Source of the DNA: Naegleria gruberi
Lineage: Eukaryota
Assembly: GCA_000004985.1 (NCBI GenBank)
Contig: GG738877.1
Strand: one strand, 5' to 3'
DNA length: 64,000 nucleotides
Position numbers and translations under genes: made by a program. Shown here piece by piece: positions 1-11,340 of the stretch. The notes beneath the pieces are model-generated. The model was not told the origin of the DNA and did no database searches. It saw only the letters and a list, made by a program, of their open reading frames with translations. Position 1 is the stretch's first letter. Each line of letters begins with the position of its first letter.

Positions 1-926
1 TAACAAGCGGGGCTGAAGACATTGAAACTCCTAACACAACTCCAATCTAGCTCCTCAAGAGTAAAAACATTGATGCCTTACTAAACTCCTTATCACCAAA
101 GTAATCGGATGTTGTTGATCAATTCTCTGAGTTTTGTTTTCGTGGTCACAACTGAAAAATTCTATCCTTCAATTACAAGTAATAATGAAGCCTATCATGT
201 CTTAACGTTTGACTCATCTGTACAATTCCACCATTCAAAAGAACACTTAGTGTCATCAATCAAAATTGTCTGGTAGTTCAAAATGTCAGAAGGAAATTTG
301 AAAGATTTCTCATTTCAGTGTCTATTCATTTTCTAGGAAATGATTCCTCTGTCAAAAATTTGACTTGTTCTGATTTTGTTGAGAGTGAAATATCCTACAC
401 AACGATTCAAGTCTTGAAAAAGCATAAGGGTGAAGAGAAACTTTTATACAACCATTAACGATAGTAATTTGTAACGTGTTTGATTTCAATTTTTCTCTTA
501 ATAAACAAGTCATTCTTCTTCCTTATTTGTCGTAAAACCACAACAAACTCTTCCGATCCAAAACACATGAACCGTCAAAATAATTTCTCAACTGCCTTAC
601 TGGATTCAAATGATCCTGTGCTTCAACAATATGTTTGATACCTTTCCAATAAATTAAATTGCAATTGATGAAATACCTCAATCCAAAACTCATCACTGAC
701 AAAAATCGAAATATCATTCACTTTGAGTAATCAAACGTTTGATTATCGACTAGTTGGGAAAGGCTGATACAAAATGGTCTTGTTTTTAGCGTATGATTGG
801 TTTTGAAATATATTTTTACTCATCAATTTTTTTTTAATTAAAAAATAATCGTCACTTGTTTCGAGCCAACGTCGACACTTCCTGCTTGCCTGGTTTTTAC
901 TTGCTGTAGATTTTAATAACATCAAG

Positions 927-2253
927 ATGAGTGAAGAAATTGATAAACACGTTCTCAGAAAGTACGAAATTGGACCAAAGTTAGGTAAAGGAGTAAGTAA
1001 TTTTTAAATGTAGGAATAATGATCTAATACAATGATCTCTGCTTTTTATGTTCATTACCAATGGTATTATTAATATCACCACTACAACAATATCATCATC
1101 ATCGTCTCTCGTACAATAATACATTACGATACAAAATTTTATTACTTTTTCTATTTTGTATTGGCATATCATCATCATATTAATTTGAATAATTAGGCCT
1201 ACGGTATTGTGTGGAAGGCTGTTGATAAAAAGACTAGACAAACTGTTGCTTTGAAGAAAATCTTTGATGCTTTCCAAAATGCTACCGATGCCCAACGTAC
1301 CTATCGTGAAATCATGCTTCTTCAAAATTTGCACCATGACAATATTGTCCGTTTGTTGAACGTACTCAAAGCTGATAATGACAATGACATTTACTTGATT
1401 TTCGAATTTATGGATACTGACTTGCATGCTGTTATTAGAGCCAATATTTTGGAAGAAATTCACAAACAATACAACATTTATCAATTGTTGAAGACATTGA
1501 AATATATCCATAGTGCCAATTTGCTCCACAGAGACATCAAGCCTTCAAACTTGCTTTTGAATTCTGAATGTCATATGAAATTGGCTGACTTTGGTCTGGC
1601 GAGGAGTGTTACCCAAGTTGATAAGGATCACGGACCTGTTTTGACTGACTATGTTGCAACTCGTTGGTATCGTGCTCCTGAAATTGTAAGTTATTATTTG
1701 AATATTTAATAGTTTTAATGATCAATACTTTCTCCAGTTGTTGGGTTCAACAAAGTATACCAAGGGTGTTGATCTTTGGTCTGTTGGTTGTATATTAGGT
1801 GAATTAATCTGTGGTAAACCAATGTTCCCTGGAACATCAACAATGAATCAATTGCAAAGAATTATTGCTGTGACAGGTCCACCAAGCGCAGAAGATATTG
1901 ATGCTATTCAATCTGCTTTTGCTTCATCTATGCTTGATTCTATTCCAGAAACTGAACAAAAGTCTTTACAAGAAATGTTCCCAAAGGCATCTCCAGAAGC
2001 TTTGGATTTATTATCAAAATTATTACAATTCAATCCTGAAAAGAGAATTGACGCTGAAACTGCTCTCAAACATCCATATGTTGCTCTTTTCCACAATCCT
2101 GCTGAAGAGCCAACTTGTGACAAGCCAATTTCTCTCTTCTTCGATGATAACAAGAAGTACTCCATAAATGAATATCGTGAAAGACTCTATGCTGAAATTA
2201 GAAAGAGAAGAGAAAAGAGACGTGCTAGGACTAAGGAAGATGAAAAGAAATAA
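927..2253 (+). CDS. erkB: ERK-family MAP kinase (ERK2/ErkB-like) with a TDY activation loop. Three exons: 927..992, 1197..1685, 1738..2253.
   Basis: Exon 1 reads [22 protein letters not shown], ends at a GTAAGT donor and is preceded by an A-rich region. Exon 2 resumes in frame ([12 protein letters not shown]...) and carries the kinase motifs [38 protein letters not shown] second GTAAGT intron (1686..1737) joins exon 3 ([22 protein letters not shown]...), which is the ORF-track ORF 1738..2253. The symbol rests on my recollection of Dictyostelium ErkB, not on a search. Confidence 0.85.
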
Positions 2254-2441
2254 CTCTTTTCTAAACAAAATTGTAAAGAAAAATATAAGAATATATAAAC
2301 AAGTGTAATTTATTTGTTGTTATCTACTGTTTGTCTTATTTCCTGGAAATTTGTAATTTGAAGCTGTTTGCCTATTCTATTTTTTGAATTGTTCACACAA
2401 AGCCTTATTCCATTTAAACAAATGGAACTATTCCAAATCGC

Positions 2442-3812
2442 CTAGTCTTCAACTTCCAAGAATTCACTATCGTCTTCAAGATCTTCTGTCATTGATTTTA
2501 ACTGGCCAACAAGTAAGCACATGCTTAAAATCTTTTTCAAAGCCTTCCTTTGTTGTATATCTTTTTCATCCATACTAGAACCCAAAATCTATGAACAATA
2601 ATAGGTAAGAAATCAGTGAGACTATTCCACTTACATTTAAAAGAGCACCTATAGAATTGACTTGAAGGGTTGGGTCTTCTGTTGAGAATATTGCTGTTGT
2701 GAGAACTGCTGTTCCATTATTTTCCTGAATGGCGTCTCTTGCCTTATCAACTCTAGAAATGTTTTGCAAGCATCCAGCAGCTGATGAAGCAATTGCAATA
2801 CTATTCTGTTTAAGAAGAGCAATAATTGAGGGTATTTCTCCCAATTCATGGATAATCTGTACCACTACAATATCAGATGTCAAGTTGTGAATGGTACTAA
2901 TTGTTTTCTTTTGCACATCCTTATTGTTATATTTGAGAAGTTTGCAAAGCTTTGGAATACCATTCGCCTCAGTAATCATTTTCCTTCCAATATCTTGAAA
3001 ACTAATACTCTGAAGTGCACCAACAGCAGCTAGTAACACTTCCTTATTTTGAGAATCGAAAAGTAATTCCACAAGTGCAGGAACACAATTTGTATTCGAA
3101 AGAGACGAAATATTTCTCCCCTCAAAACAAATATTCAACAATACTGAAATGATTCAATAACAATTAGTGAAGGAAAAGAAACATACCATTTGATCCTTCG
3201 GATGCGATTTCTGCATTTTGGTCCTTGTTTTCCTGTAATATTCTAGAAATTGATTGAACTAGTCTAAGAGAGACATTTTCTCTGTTTTGTTTCTTCATTG
3301 TTTCAATGAGCTAATTTATAACAACTATTACTATTTACCTTTCTTGCTAATATTCTCAAAGTCTTTAATGATTGCGTCACAATATCCTCATCATCACAAT
3401 GTAAATCCAAAACGTCAAGAATAATATTCGGTGAGTCAGTTTTCTTACACTTATAGTTGGATGATCTTTTTAATTCCAAATTGTTCCTTACAAACTTTTG
3501 TAGAGCTGCCAAAACTTTTGTAGAACTGTGCATGTATTGAACTAAATGTCGTTCCAATTCTGCATAACTTGAAGAGGATGATGCTGATGGAGCATTGATA
3601 GGAGTTAGTTTTTCTGGTGGTTGACTTTTTGAAAAGAGGCTACCATTCAATCCACCATTTGTATTACTATTATTATTCTTATTCAAAGATGTATTCAAGC
3701 TACTATTCTCACCACTCCTATTCAATGATGATGATCCCGATGATGAAGAACCTCCTCCAATAACAGCAAACTTTGAAGTTTTGCTTGTTGAGGGGAGTGA
3801 GGACATGAGCAT
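2442..3812 (-). CDS. Armadillo (ARM)-repeat protein. Four exons (minus strand): 3339..3812, 3187..3292 (alternatively 3187..3310), 2635..3143, 2442..2588.
   Basis: ATG at 3812 follows an A run. Exon 1 is S/N-rich and then ARM-like (ILDVLDLHCDDEDIVTQSLKTLRIL). Exon 3 has ARM repeats (GALQSIS, AAGCLQNIS, NSIGALLNVSG). Introns have GTAAAT/GTATGT/GTAAGT donors and ..AG acceptors and are 46, 43 and 46 nt long. The terminal exon encodes ...ILGSSMDEKDIQQRKALKKILSMCLLVGQLKSMTEDLEDDSEFLEVED*. The ORF-track tail IVSLISYLLLFIDFGF is intron read-through. Confidence 0.65.
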
Positions 3813-4033
3813 TTTTTTTCGGTTGTTGATGACTTTTTGGCGCCTTAATTTGAAACTGTATTTAATAAAATCTGAATACTATCATCATTCATAATACCAA
3901 TTTATATATTGAAACAAGAATCTATATATGAGTTTGATTCTGCTGAATTGCTTTATTGTCTGATGACATTCCAAAAATCAATATTAAATTTTCAATTCAA
4001 TTTTTGTAATTTTAAAAAAAAATTTGAAAAAAA

Positions 4034-5404
4034 ATGACCACAACAAACAATGCCGGATGGTACCTCATGAAGCACTTCAGAGGTCTCGCTAGTAGAAAAG
4101 GTGCCTACGTTCCTCCACTTATTTATAAATGTATGTTGAAGGTTCCACCACCAGTCAAGTATGGTATTCCTACAGAATTTGGTAAATTGAAGGAACTCAG
4201 CTTCCCTGATGACGCTTTGAAGGGAAAGATTGAAAAGAAATCTAAACACAAGAAGCAACTGATGAAGTCTGGTTTCACACCTCTTCCTTTCTGGTTCACC
4301 CGTAAATTGAGAGACAATGCTGTGTCAAGAGTTCGTGAATTGATGGAACAAGGAATGACCGAAGAAGATGCTATTCAACGTTGGGACGAAGAATTCAGCA
4401 GAGAAATTCAAATACAACAAAGAGAGTGTAATTTGCTCTCCGAAGCTGCTCTTAAAAATAATGAAGTGCTTTCCGTTCAAGATACACTCAACATTTTGAA
4501 GACAATAAGAGATACACAAAAGGAACACGATATTAGACAAGGTAGAAAACTTAGAAAGATTGTAGCTAAACTTGAAATTGAAAGAAGAAAGTTGTTAGGA
4601 CTTGATATTGAAGAATCTTTATTGAGAGAAGCCGAACATGAGGCTGAAGTTTCTTTTGACAAATTATTGGATGTTAAACAAGTTAGTCAAAGAAATGCTA
4701 TCAAGATTGAAAATCGTGTTAACCAAACAGTTTTACGTAAAATTGCTCAAGCCATTGAAATTGAAAAGATTGTGATAGAAATTAGAGAATTGAAGCGTCA
4801 ATATGGTCCACAAAATGCTGCTCTCTCAGAAGGAGAACACATTTCACCATTCGATTTTATTGGAGCTTATGTCAAATCCTTTGATGTTAACAAGATTGGA
4901 GCTACCAGTGCAGAATGGGGCAAGGATCGTGAAATTTACAAGGCTTATATTGATGGCAAGAAGGTTCACGACATTTTGAAAGAAAAATACGAATTATTGA
5001 AAGAAAAATTCTCTCGTTTTGTTAGATTGAAGGAAATTAGAACGGATTTGTCTAAATTCTTAACTTCTATCGATGTTATGAATACTAAGACAGAAATTGA
5101 CATGAATGCACCATTAGCTAAGTACTCTAAACGACCAAACAGTGAAGATGATCTTGAAAAGTTGTTAACTAATTTGAACATTGAATCTATGGATCTCACT
5201 CCAGTTATGGATGAATTGAAACAATTTGGATGGCAAGGAATGTCCAAGATGAAGGAAGACCAAGCCAAGATGGAAGAAATGTTCTTGATGCTCGAGCTTG
5301 GTTGTTATATTTATAATTCTGGAATTGTTGGTGCTTATTCACCAAAGTATGTTTTGAAGAAGGAAAACAACACAACTGATCTCATAAGCTACTTGAAAAA
5401 GTAA
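4034..5404 (+). CDS. Hypothetical basic/coiled-coil protein (456 aa); the N-terminus looks like a mitochondrial presequence.
   Basis: Single long ORF with ATG after a long A run. The N-terminus is K/R-rich without acidic residues, followed by E/K/R-rich heptad-like segments. No family recognised. Confidence 0.6.
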   Translation: MTTTNNAGWYLMKHFRGLASRKGAYVPPLIYKCMLKVPPPVKYGIPTEFGKLKELSFPDDALKGKIEKKSKHKKQLMKSGFTPLPFWFTRKLRDNAVSRVRELMEQGMTEEDAIQRWDEEFSREIQIQQRECNLLSEAALKNNEVLSVQDTLNILKTIRDTQKEHDIRQGRKLRKIVAKLEIERRKLLGLDIEESLLREAEHEAEVSFDKLLDVKQVSQRNAIKIENRVNQTVLRKIAQAIEIEKIVIEIRELKRQYGPQNAALSEGEHISPFDFIGAYVKSFDVNKIGATSAEWGKDREIYKAYIDGKKVHDILKEKYELLKEKFSRFVRLKEIRTDLSKFLTSIDVMNTKTEIDMNAPLAKYSKRPNSEDDLEKLLTNLNIESMDLTPVMDELKQFGWQGMSKMKEDQAKMEEMFLMLELGCYIYNSGIVGAYSPKYVLKKENNTTDLISYLKK

Positions 5405-5470
5405 AAACCAGTTAAAAATTTGTAAAATTTAAAATAATATTTAATTTTTGGATTGTAATTTTATTTACTT

Positions 5471-5854
5471 TTATTGGTCGTGGAAATGGTTGGCACCAAA
5501 TGATGGGTCTGGCATGGCGATATTTCTTGTCCTATTAGTATTTAAACTTTGATTTCTAAACATTCCGCCCACAAATTCCTTAGAGAATGAATGTGAGCTT
5601 CCGAAATATTCTGTTGGTTTATGTACATCTTTTAATGGTTTAGAACCATAACTTGCATTTGAGGTTTGATAGAGTGGATTATTTCCCTTTTCCTTTCGGG
5701 CTTGATAAAGTTGAGAGTTATGAATCTCGGCAGAGTCTAACTGTTGAGTTCCTGATTGTCTTGTCGAGCCTAACGATGATGTTGATTGAGGGAGTGGCTT
5801 TGTCTCCAACCCAAGAGGAGTAATTGCTGCCGAGCTAGTTTGCATTCGAGACAT
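5471..5854 (-). CDS. Hypothetical small S/T/Q-rich protein (127 aa).
   Basis: ORF with ATG in an A-rich context (caaaagaaATGTCT). Low complexity; no family recognised. Confidence 0.4.
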   Translation of the reverse strand: MSRMQTSSAAITPLGLETKPLPQSTSSLGSTRQSGTQQLDSAEIHNSQLYQARKEKGNNPLYQTSNASYGSKPLKDVHKPTEYFGSSHSFSKEFVGGMFRNQSLNTNRTRNIAMPDPSFGANHFHDQ

Positions 5855-6131
5855 TTCTTTTGTTTTTTATTTGAGTTATTTACAAATTTTGGCGCCAATC
5901 CTAACTTACAACTGTATTTTTAAATTCCGAACATTATTCAAGAGATAATGATTACACTTGGTAGAATCACTTCCTCTAAGAAGAATGGGTAGATTCTCTC
6001 GATAGTTCAAATATTATCATGTCAGAATAATAACTCTTGTCTTTCAAGAAGGAGCTGTTGTTAAAAACAGGTCCATACAGTAGGGGTGCAGATGATCTTG
6101 GTGTTTTTTGTTTGTTCAATTAGGTTAAGTT

Positions 6132-6159
6132 GAATTGGTGGGGATGAATTGGTGGGGAT
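6132..6159. repeat. Two exact tandem copies of the 14-bp unit GAATTGGTGGGGAT.
   Basis: Read directly from the sequence. It lies in the divergent intergenic region between genes 5471..5854 (minus) and 6427..7074 (plus), in an otherwise AT-rich context. Confidence 0.5.
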
Positions 6160-6426
6160 GCTTTACAACATTGGAAGGTTATTATTATTCATTGTAAAAT
6201 GTATTTAACACTGTAAAGTACAGAAGCAAGGTGGTGGACAATCTCTAGAGGACTTAACTCCAGGGAGAAGGAAAAAATTAAGAAGGTTACTGATCTTTCC
6301 AAGCTCTCCTTAAACACACCTCTCTTTGATAAATATAAAATGCGCAAGATAACAAATGATCAAAACACAAAACAATAAAAAAACAACAAATCAATAGCAA
6401 CATAATAGCATAATACATTGATAAAG

Positions 6427-7074
6427 ATGAATTTCAATTATAGCTCAAATCAACCTCCTCAACAACAACAACCACAACAACATGGCTTGTATGGTTTCAA
6501 CGCTCAACCTCATCCTGGAGCTACTATTTCAACCACAAATGGAATGTATGTTCATCCACAGCCTTTTGCTCAACCACAAATGTACATTCAACCACAACCA
6601 CAAACCTACGTTCAACCAACTTGTAATTACTCATCAACCGTGTCATGTGGCATCTCTCATCAACCTCAAATGAGTTCTGGTGGCTCATTAGCTCAACAAA
6701 TCCTTGCTGCCTGTAGAAATTCTTCGTTTGACAGTGACAAAGTCAAAGCTGTTCAAAATTGTTCCACCTCTCTATGTTCACCTGTTAGCGCCAATGACTT
6801 GGTTAGCATTTTGCACTTTTTCGGAATGGATAATGATAAAGTTAAGGTTTTGAATCAATTGAAACAAACAAACAACATTGCCTTAATGACAGGATCTGAA
6901 GCTGCCTCAATTATCAGAACTTTCAACTTTGACAATGAAAGAATTAGAGCATTGGATGCAATTGTCAATTCCATTTATGATAGAAAACAAAATCAATCTG
7001 AGGAAGCTGTTGTTGCAGCATTTGGTTTCTCTGATGATATTAATAGAGCTAGAAATTTAATGCAAACTCGTTAA
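6427..7074 (+). CDS. Hypothetical protein with a Q/P-rich N-terminus and an internally duplicated C-terminal domain.
   Basis: ORF 6418..7074. The first ATG is at 6427 (MNFNYSSNQPPQQQQPQQ...). The C-terminus has two similar segments (SFDSDKVKAVQNC... and FNFDNERIRALDAI...). Confidence 0.6.
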   Translation: MNFNYSSNQPPQQQQPQQHGLYGFNAQPHPGATISTTNGMYVHPQPFAQPQMYIQPQPQTYVQPTCNYSSTVSCGISHQPQMSSGGSLAQQILAACRNSSFDSDKVKAVQNCSTSLCSPVSANDLVSILHFFGMDNDKVKVLNQLKQTNNIALMTGSEAASIIRTFNFDNERIRALDAIVNSIYDRKQNQSEEAVVAAFGFSDDINRARNLMQTR

Positions 7075-7194
7075 GGAAGGTTTCATTTTCGAAAAATGTG
7101 TAAATATAAAATTGTTTTGTATTTTTTGTAATTTAATTTACTTTTTAATTTTTAGTTAAATTTCCAAGTTGAAATTGTGAAAGATCTCAAAAAA

Positions 7195-8133
7195 ATGGCA
7201 AAACGTAAAAAGACACCATCAGCACCAACAACGAATAAACCTTCATCACTAATAGAAATTCTGCAAAGTTTCGGAATTATAGTCAAGACAAAAGTAAATT
7301 TTCACGATAGGAGAAAGGTACAAAGTTTAGAACAACAATTTACTGAACACTACATGAATGAAAGTTTATTGATACTTGATGAACCTAATGAAGATCATTT
7401 CGAGGAAATTAATCATCAAATTGTTAATGGAAATTTATATTCAGTTGGTTATCGTAAGAATCAGTTTTTTGTAAATATTAAGAAATCGAAATTACTTATT
7501 CGATTTAAATGTGATTTTGATCATTCAGGTTTATTTGATAAGGTAGATGATTTTTTTTCTGATAAATCTACAGAAATGGTAAAGAAGGAGATGTTCTATT
7601 CGATTGTTAATTCGGAGAGAAAGAATACTAATGTGATGCATATTGAATTTGATTTGAAATTTGATTCTTTTGTGGAGATTGTTAAATATCTGAATATTTC
7701 AGAAAGTAGGATTGGGGATTTCATGTTAGAAAATGAAATTCTTTCAAGATTAGTTGAAATTCTTGATGTTGACCAAGAAAAGAAACAAGTGTATATCAAA
7801 CTCAAGGCATTTGGCATTGATGCAACAGCAAATGTATCAAGTTACTACTTGATGGGAAAAATTGATGGTAGTCAATCATGTTTCATGCTCGATTTATCTT
7901 ATTACATGGACAGAAATCCAAACCTTTCAACCATTGACAGCATTTACAGATTTTTCACACCAATCCATATCAAAAATCGAATTTATGACAAAGGAACACC
8001 ATCTACATTCCATGATTGCAAGAATATTGGAATTTATAGAGTATTAATTGGATATTTCTTTTGTGCAATGACGGATTCAGATGCAGGAAAGCACGTTAAG
8101 AGAAATAACATTCATCCATATGATATTACATGA
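7195..8133 (+). CDS. Hypothetical protein (about 312 aa).
   Basis: ORF 7177..8133. The first ATG is at 7195 after aaaaa (MAKRKKTPSAPTTNKP...). No family recognised. Confidence 0.5.
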   Translation: MAKRKKTPSAPTTNKPSSLIEILQSFGIIVKTKVNFHDRRKVQSLEQQFTEHYMNESLLILDEPNEDHFEEINHQIVNGNLYSVGYRKNQFFVNIKKSKLLIRFKCDFDHSGLFDKVDDFFSDKSTEMVKKEMFYSIVNSERKNTNVMHIEFDLKFDSFVEIVKYLNISESRIGDFMLENEILSRLVEILDVDQEKKQVYIKLKAFGIDATANVSSYYLMGKIDGSQSCFMLDLSYYMDRNPNLSTIDSIYRFFTPIHIKNRIYDKGTPSTFHDCKNIGIYRVLIGYFFCAMTDSDAGKHVKRNNIHPYDIT

Positions 8134-8869
8134 TATGTTGGATCCACAAGCTCTTCTCTCAGGAAAGCACAGAATAATTACAGAACTATCGACCAAAAAA
8201 TATTTTTATGATTTCAGGCACCAATTTTACACATACGGAGGAATAGTTGATACTGGATTTTACAAATTCGAGTTAAAGCCAATGTGTAAATTTGAGAACT
8301 ATTGGGGAATGAATTTTAAGAGAGAAATTTATCATTTTTCATTGTAAAAAGAGTTCTAATGGTAAAATAAATTAAATAGGCTGTTAAAAGCCACTCAATC
8401 ACCAACTTGTTACTCTGACTACTCCACCATCTCTAATAATTTCAGCAAATGCTCCTGTAGTAACTGATTTGTTGGAAGACATACTCGCTATTCCATTAGC
8501 CTTATTTGAAATTGAGTCTTCACAACAGAATCTTGGAAGGAGCGATATTTGCTCGTATTAAGACATCATATCTCCCTGCAGACAATTCTTCAATAAATAT
8601 TATTGACAAGCATTAATCAAATACTATATTAACACATTCTAAATATTAAGGAGAGTCTGATATCGGTTTGATTTCTATCACAGTTCTTTAGAAATCAATT
8701 TTCAAGTCACCAATATCTATAGCTAAAAAGAGTGTTTGGAACCCTGAACATGTATATCCACACCTAGTATTTTCCCTCTGATTGAGGAACTAGTGAAAAA
8801 ACTGCGCACCAGATGCGATAATGCATTGAGATTACGAGTGCTGAAATCAGCAAAAAGAAAAAAAGAGAG

Positions 8870-11020
8870 ATGAAAAATAGTCTCAATACTCAAAATCATC
8901 AAATAATTGATGAAGAGGGCTCTGCTTCCCAATATCAACTCGTCGAAGGAGATCAATCATCCATGGAAATAATTGAAGGGAATGCACAATCAGGCTTCAG
9001 AGGCAAATTTCAAGCTCAAAAGGCAAAATTCATCAAATTTAAGAATAACCTCTATGTTAAACGAGTAACAGCTGTGGTATTGTTCTGGTTCAAGTTATTA
9101 TCTGGACCAGTAATGGCATTGCCATTCTTTTGTGGTGCATTATCTGGCTGGGGATCCACAGTCGATATTGACAGATGTGCTGGAATAACCGCTTGGTTGG
9201 CTTGCTATTGGATTCTTCAACCTGTTCATGTAACAGTAAGTAATCTTCATCATCAATTGTTTAATAATGAACATAATTAGGTAACAAGTTTTATGCCTCT
9301 GATTTTGTTTCCATTATTGGGAACTACAAGTGGAAAGAATATGGCCAGTGCTTACTATAATGACACTTCAATTCTTTGCATTGGTTCGTTTATTGTGGCA
9401 GCAGCAATTGAAAAGTGGAATATTCACAAGAGATTTGCCTTGTTTGTGTTGAGTTTTATTGGATTGAGACCTAGAATACTCTTATTTGCCTTCACATGTT
9501 TGGTTGGATTCATTACCATGTGGATTTCGAATAGTGCAACCACTGCAATGTTTATTCCAATGGCCAATGCTGTTATTACCAGTATTAGAGTTAGAAATGA
9601 AGAGAATCCAAATAAGCAAGAAAGAGAAAGGGAGGAAATCAAGATTAAAAAATTTGCCAAAGCACTTTTCATGATCATTCCATTTGCTAGTTCAATAATG
9701 GGTAGTTCAACCTTAATTGGCACTACAACAAATTTAGTTATTGGACAAGTATTGAATTCTCAATTCAAGAAGCTTGCCACTTCCACTAATAATCCAGTAA
9801 CTTTTCTTAATTGGTTCATTTATGCTTTCCCACCAATGATTGTACTATTAATTATAACATTCCTTTACTTCTTGATTGTATTGGTAAGAACTATTAATCT
9901 CAAAGAGGAAGAACCTATTTTAACAGAAATTGAATTGGGTCAAAATAATTTGAAGGAGAATTTACTTGAAGAATCTGAATACTATGTCGAAAATATCAAC
10001 GAAGACCAAGAACCAATTGAGAACAATGATAAGCTCTTGTCTGTGGCCACAAGCGAGAGTGATTCAAACACTTCCAAAAAGAAGAAGAAAGACAAAAAGA
10101 AGAAACTTCCAAATGTCTTCAAGAAGGAATATAAGAAATTAGGAAAAATCAAGTTTGAAGAAATAGTTATTTCCCTCCTTTTCTTGGTAATGTGCTTGTT
10201 GTGGTTGTTGAGAGATCTCTCATTTGGAACAACTCGAATTTCTTGGTCATACTTGGTGTTTTTCATGAGTGGTAAACCAGTCAAGAAACAAGATACAGTA
10301 ATGGCCTATCCAACGGATGGAACTGTAGCTATAGTTATTGGAATTTTACTATTCTTCATTCCATCTTTCAATAGAGCTGAGGCACCAATTGTTGAACAAG
10401 AAAGTGACAAATCTCTCACTCGCATGCAACGCTTTAAAGCACAGCTTTTTAAATGGAGAAACACAACTGGAAGAATTATGGAATGGAAAGAAGTTCAAGA
10501 AAAGCTTCAGTGGGATATCTTAATCCTATTGGGTGGCGGTTTTGCATTGGCTCAAGCTTTTAGTGATTGTGGATTCTCAGAATTCGTTGTCAATGTTATG
10601 GTCGTTAAACTTGATTTGGCCAATAAGGTAGCTCCATACACATTAATGTTCGTTATTGTTTTTGGTATTAGTTTGTTAACAGAGTTGACTACCAACACAA
10701 GTATTGCTGTTCTTTCAATGCCTGTTTTGGCTGTTCTTGGTCCAAAACTGGGTCAGAATCCAGTTTTCTTCATGGCATCTGCAACATTGGCTTGTTCGAT
10801 GGCTTTCATGACTCCAATTGGTACCGGACCAAATTTGTTAGCATTTTCTGCTAAACATTATTCTATTTTTGATGGTTTATTACATGGTGGTGTGATAAAT
10901 ATCATTGGTGTTGCAGCAATCATGTTGGGTTCTATGGCCATGTTTCCAACCATTGGAGTTGTCCCTAATGTTATACCAGATTGGGGAAAAACAAATTCAA
11001 CTACCCATTCGATATTTTAG
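8870..11020 (+). CDS. SLC13-family Na+-coupled anion (sulfate/di-tricarboxylate) transporter. Two exons: 8870..9235, 9281..11020.
   Basis: Exon 1 ends at ..PVHVT before GTAAGT. The 45-nt intron ends ..aattag. Exon 2 continues VTSFMPLILFPLLGTTSG...NDTSILCIGSFIVAAAIEKWNIHKRFALFVLSF...WISNSATTAMFIPMANAV, which matches the SLC13 signature SNTATTAMMxPI. Multiple transmembrane segments and a C-terminal repeat half (LLGGGFALAQAF...) are present. Confidence 0.85.
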
Positions 11021-11340
11021 TGAACTATAAAAAAGAAGAATTTAAATATTATAAAACTGTAAACCCTATTCAAAAGTCGGAGAATTGTCATTGTAATTGT
11101 TGATTCAAACTAGCACGATAAATATTAAGAATCAGTGAACCCTGTATCACTCTAAATGAAAGTCCTCGGAGTGTATCAAACAAACAATATCCAAATCTCA
11201 TGCATTCATAGAAGTAACAATTGATAATACAATTATTATAATTCCAAGATTGGCTCTATAAAAATCCCGCCATGTCACCTTCAAAACAACTTTAGATTCG
11301 CATACATGCAGAGATTACTTATCAACTTTGAGAAAAAAAG

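Noticed and set aside
981-1529. 182-aa minus-strand ORF overlapping the MAPK intron 1 and exon 2
   Set aside because: It is antisense to a strongly supported kinase exon, is low-complexity (poly-D, I/V runs), and lacks an ATG context.
1898-2268. Three overlapping ORFs (plus and minus) inside MAPK exon 3
   Set aside because: They are alternative-frame or antisense reads of a conserved kinase C-lobe exon.
2384-2578. 64-aa plus-strand ORF
   Set aside because: It lies antisense to the reconstructed terminal exon and intron of the ARM-repeat gene.
3311-3338. 28-nt intron in the ARM-repeat gene
   Set aside because: It is shorter than all other introns. The 46-nt alternative is preferred, but this is not excluded.
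8081-8347. 88-aa ORF overlapping the 3' end of gene 7195..8133 in another frame
   Set aside because: No in-phase GT..AG pair links it to the upstream ORF. Kept as unsupported.
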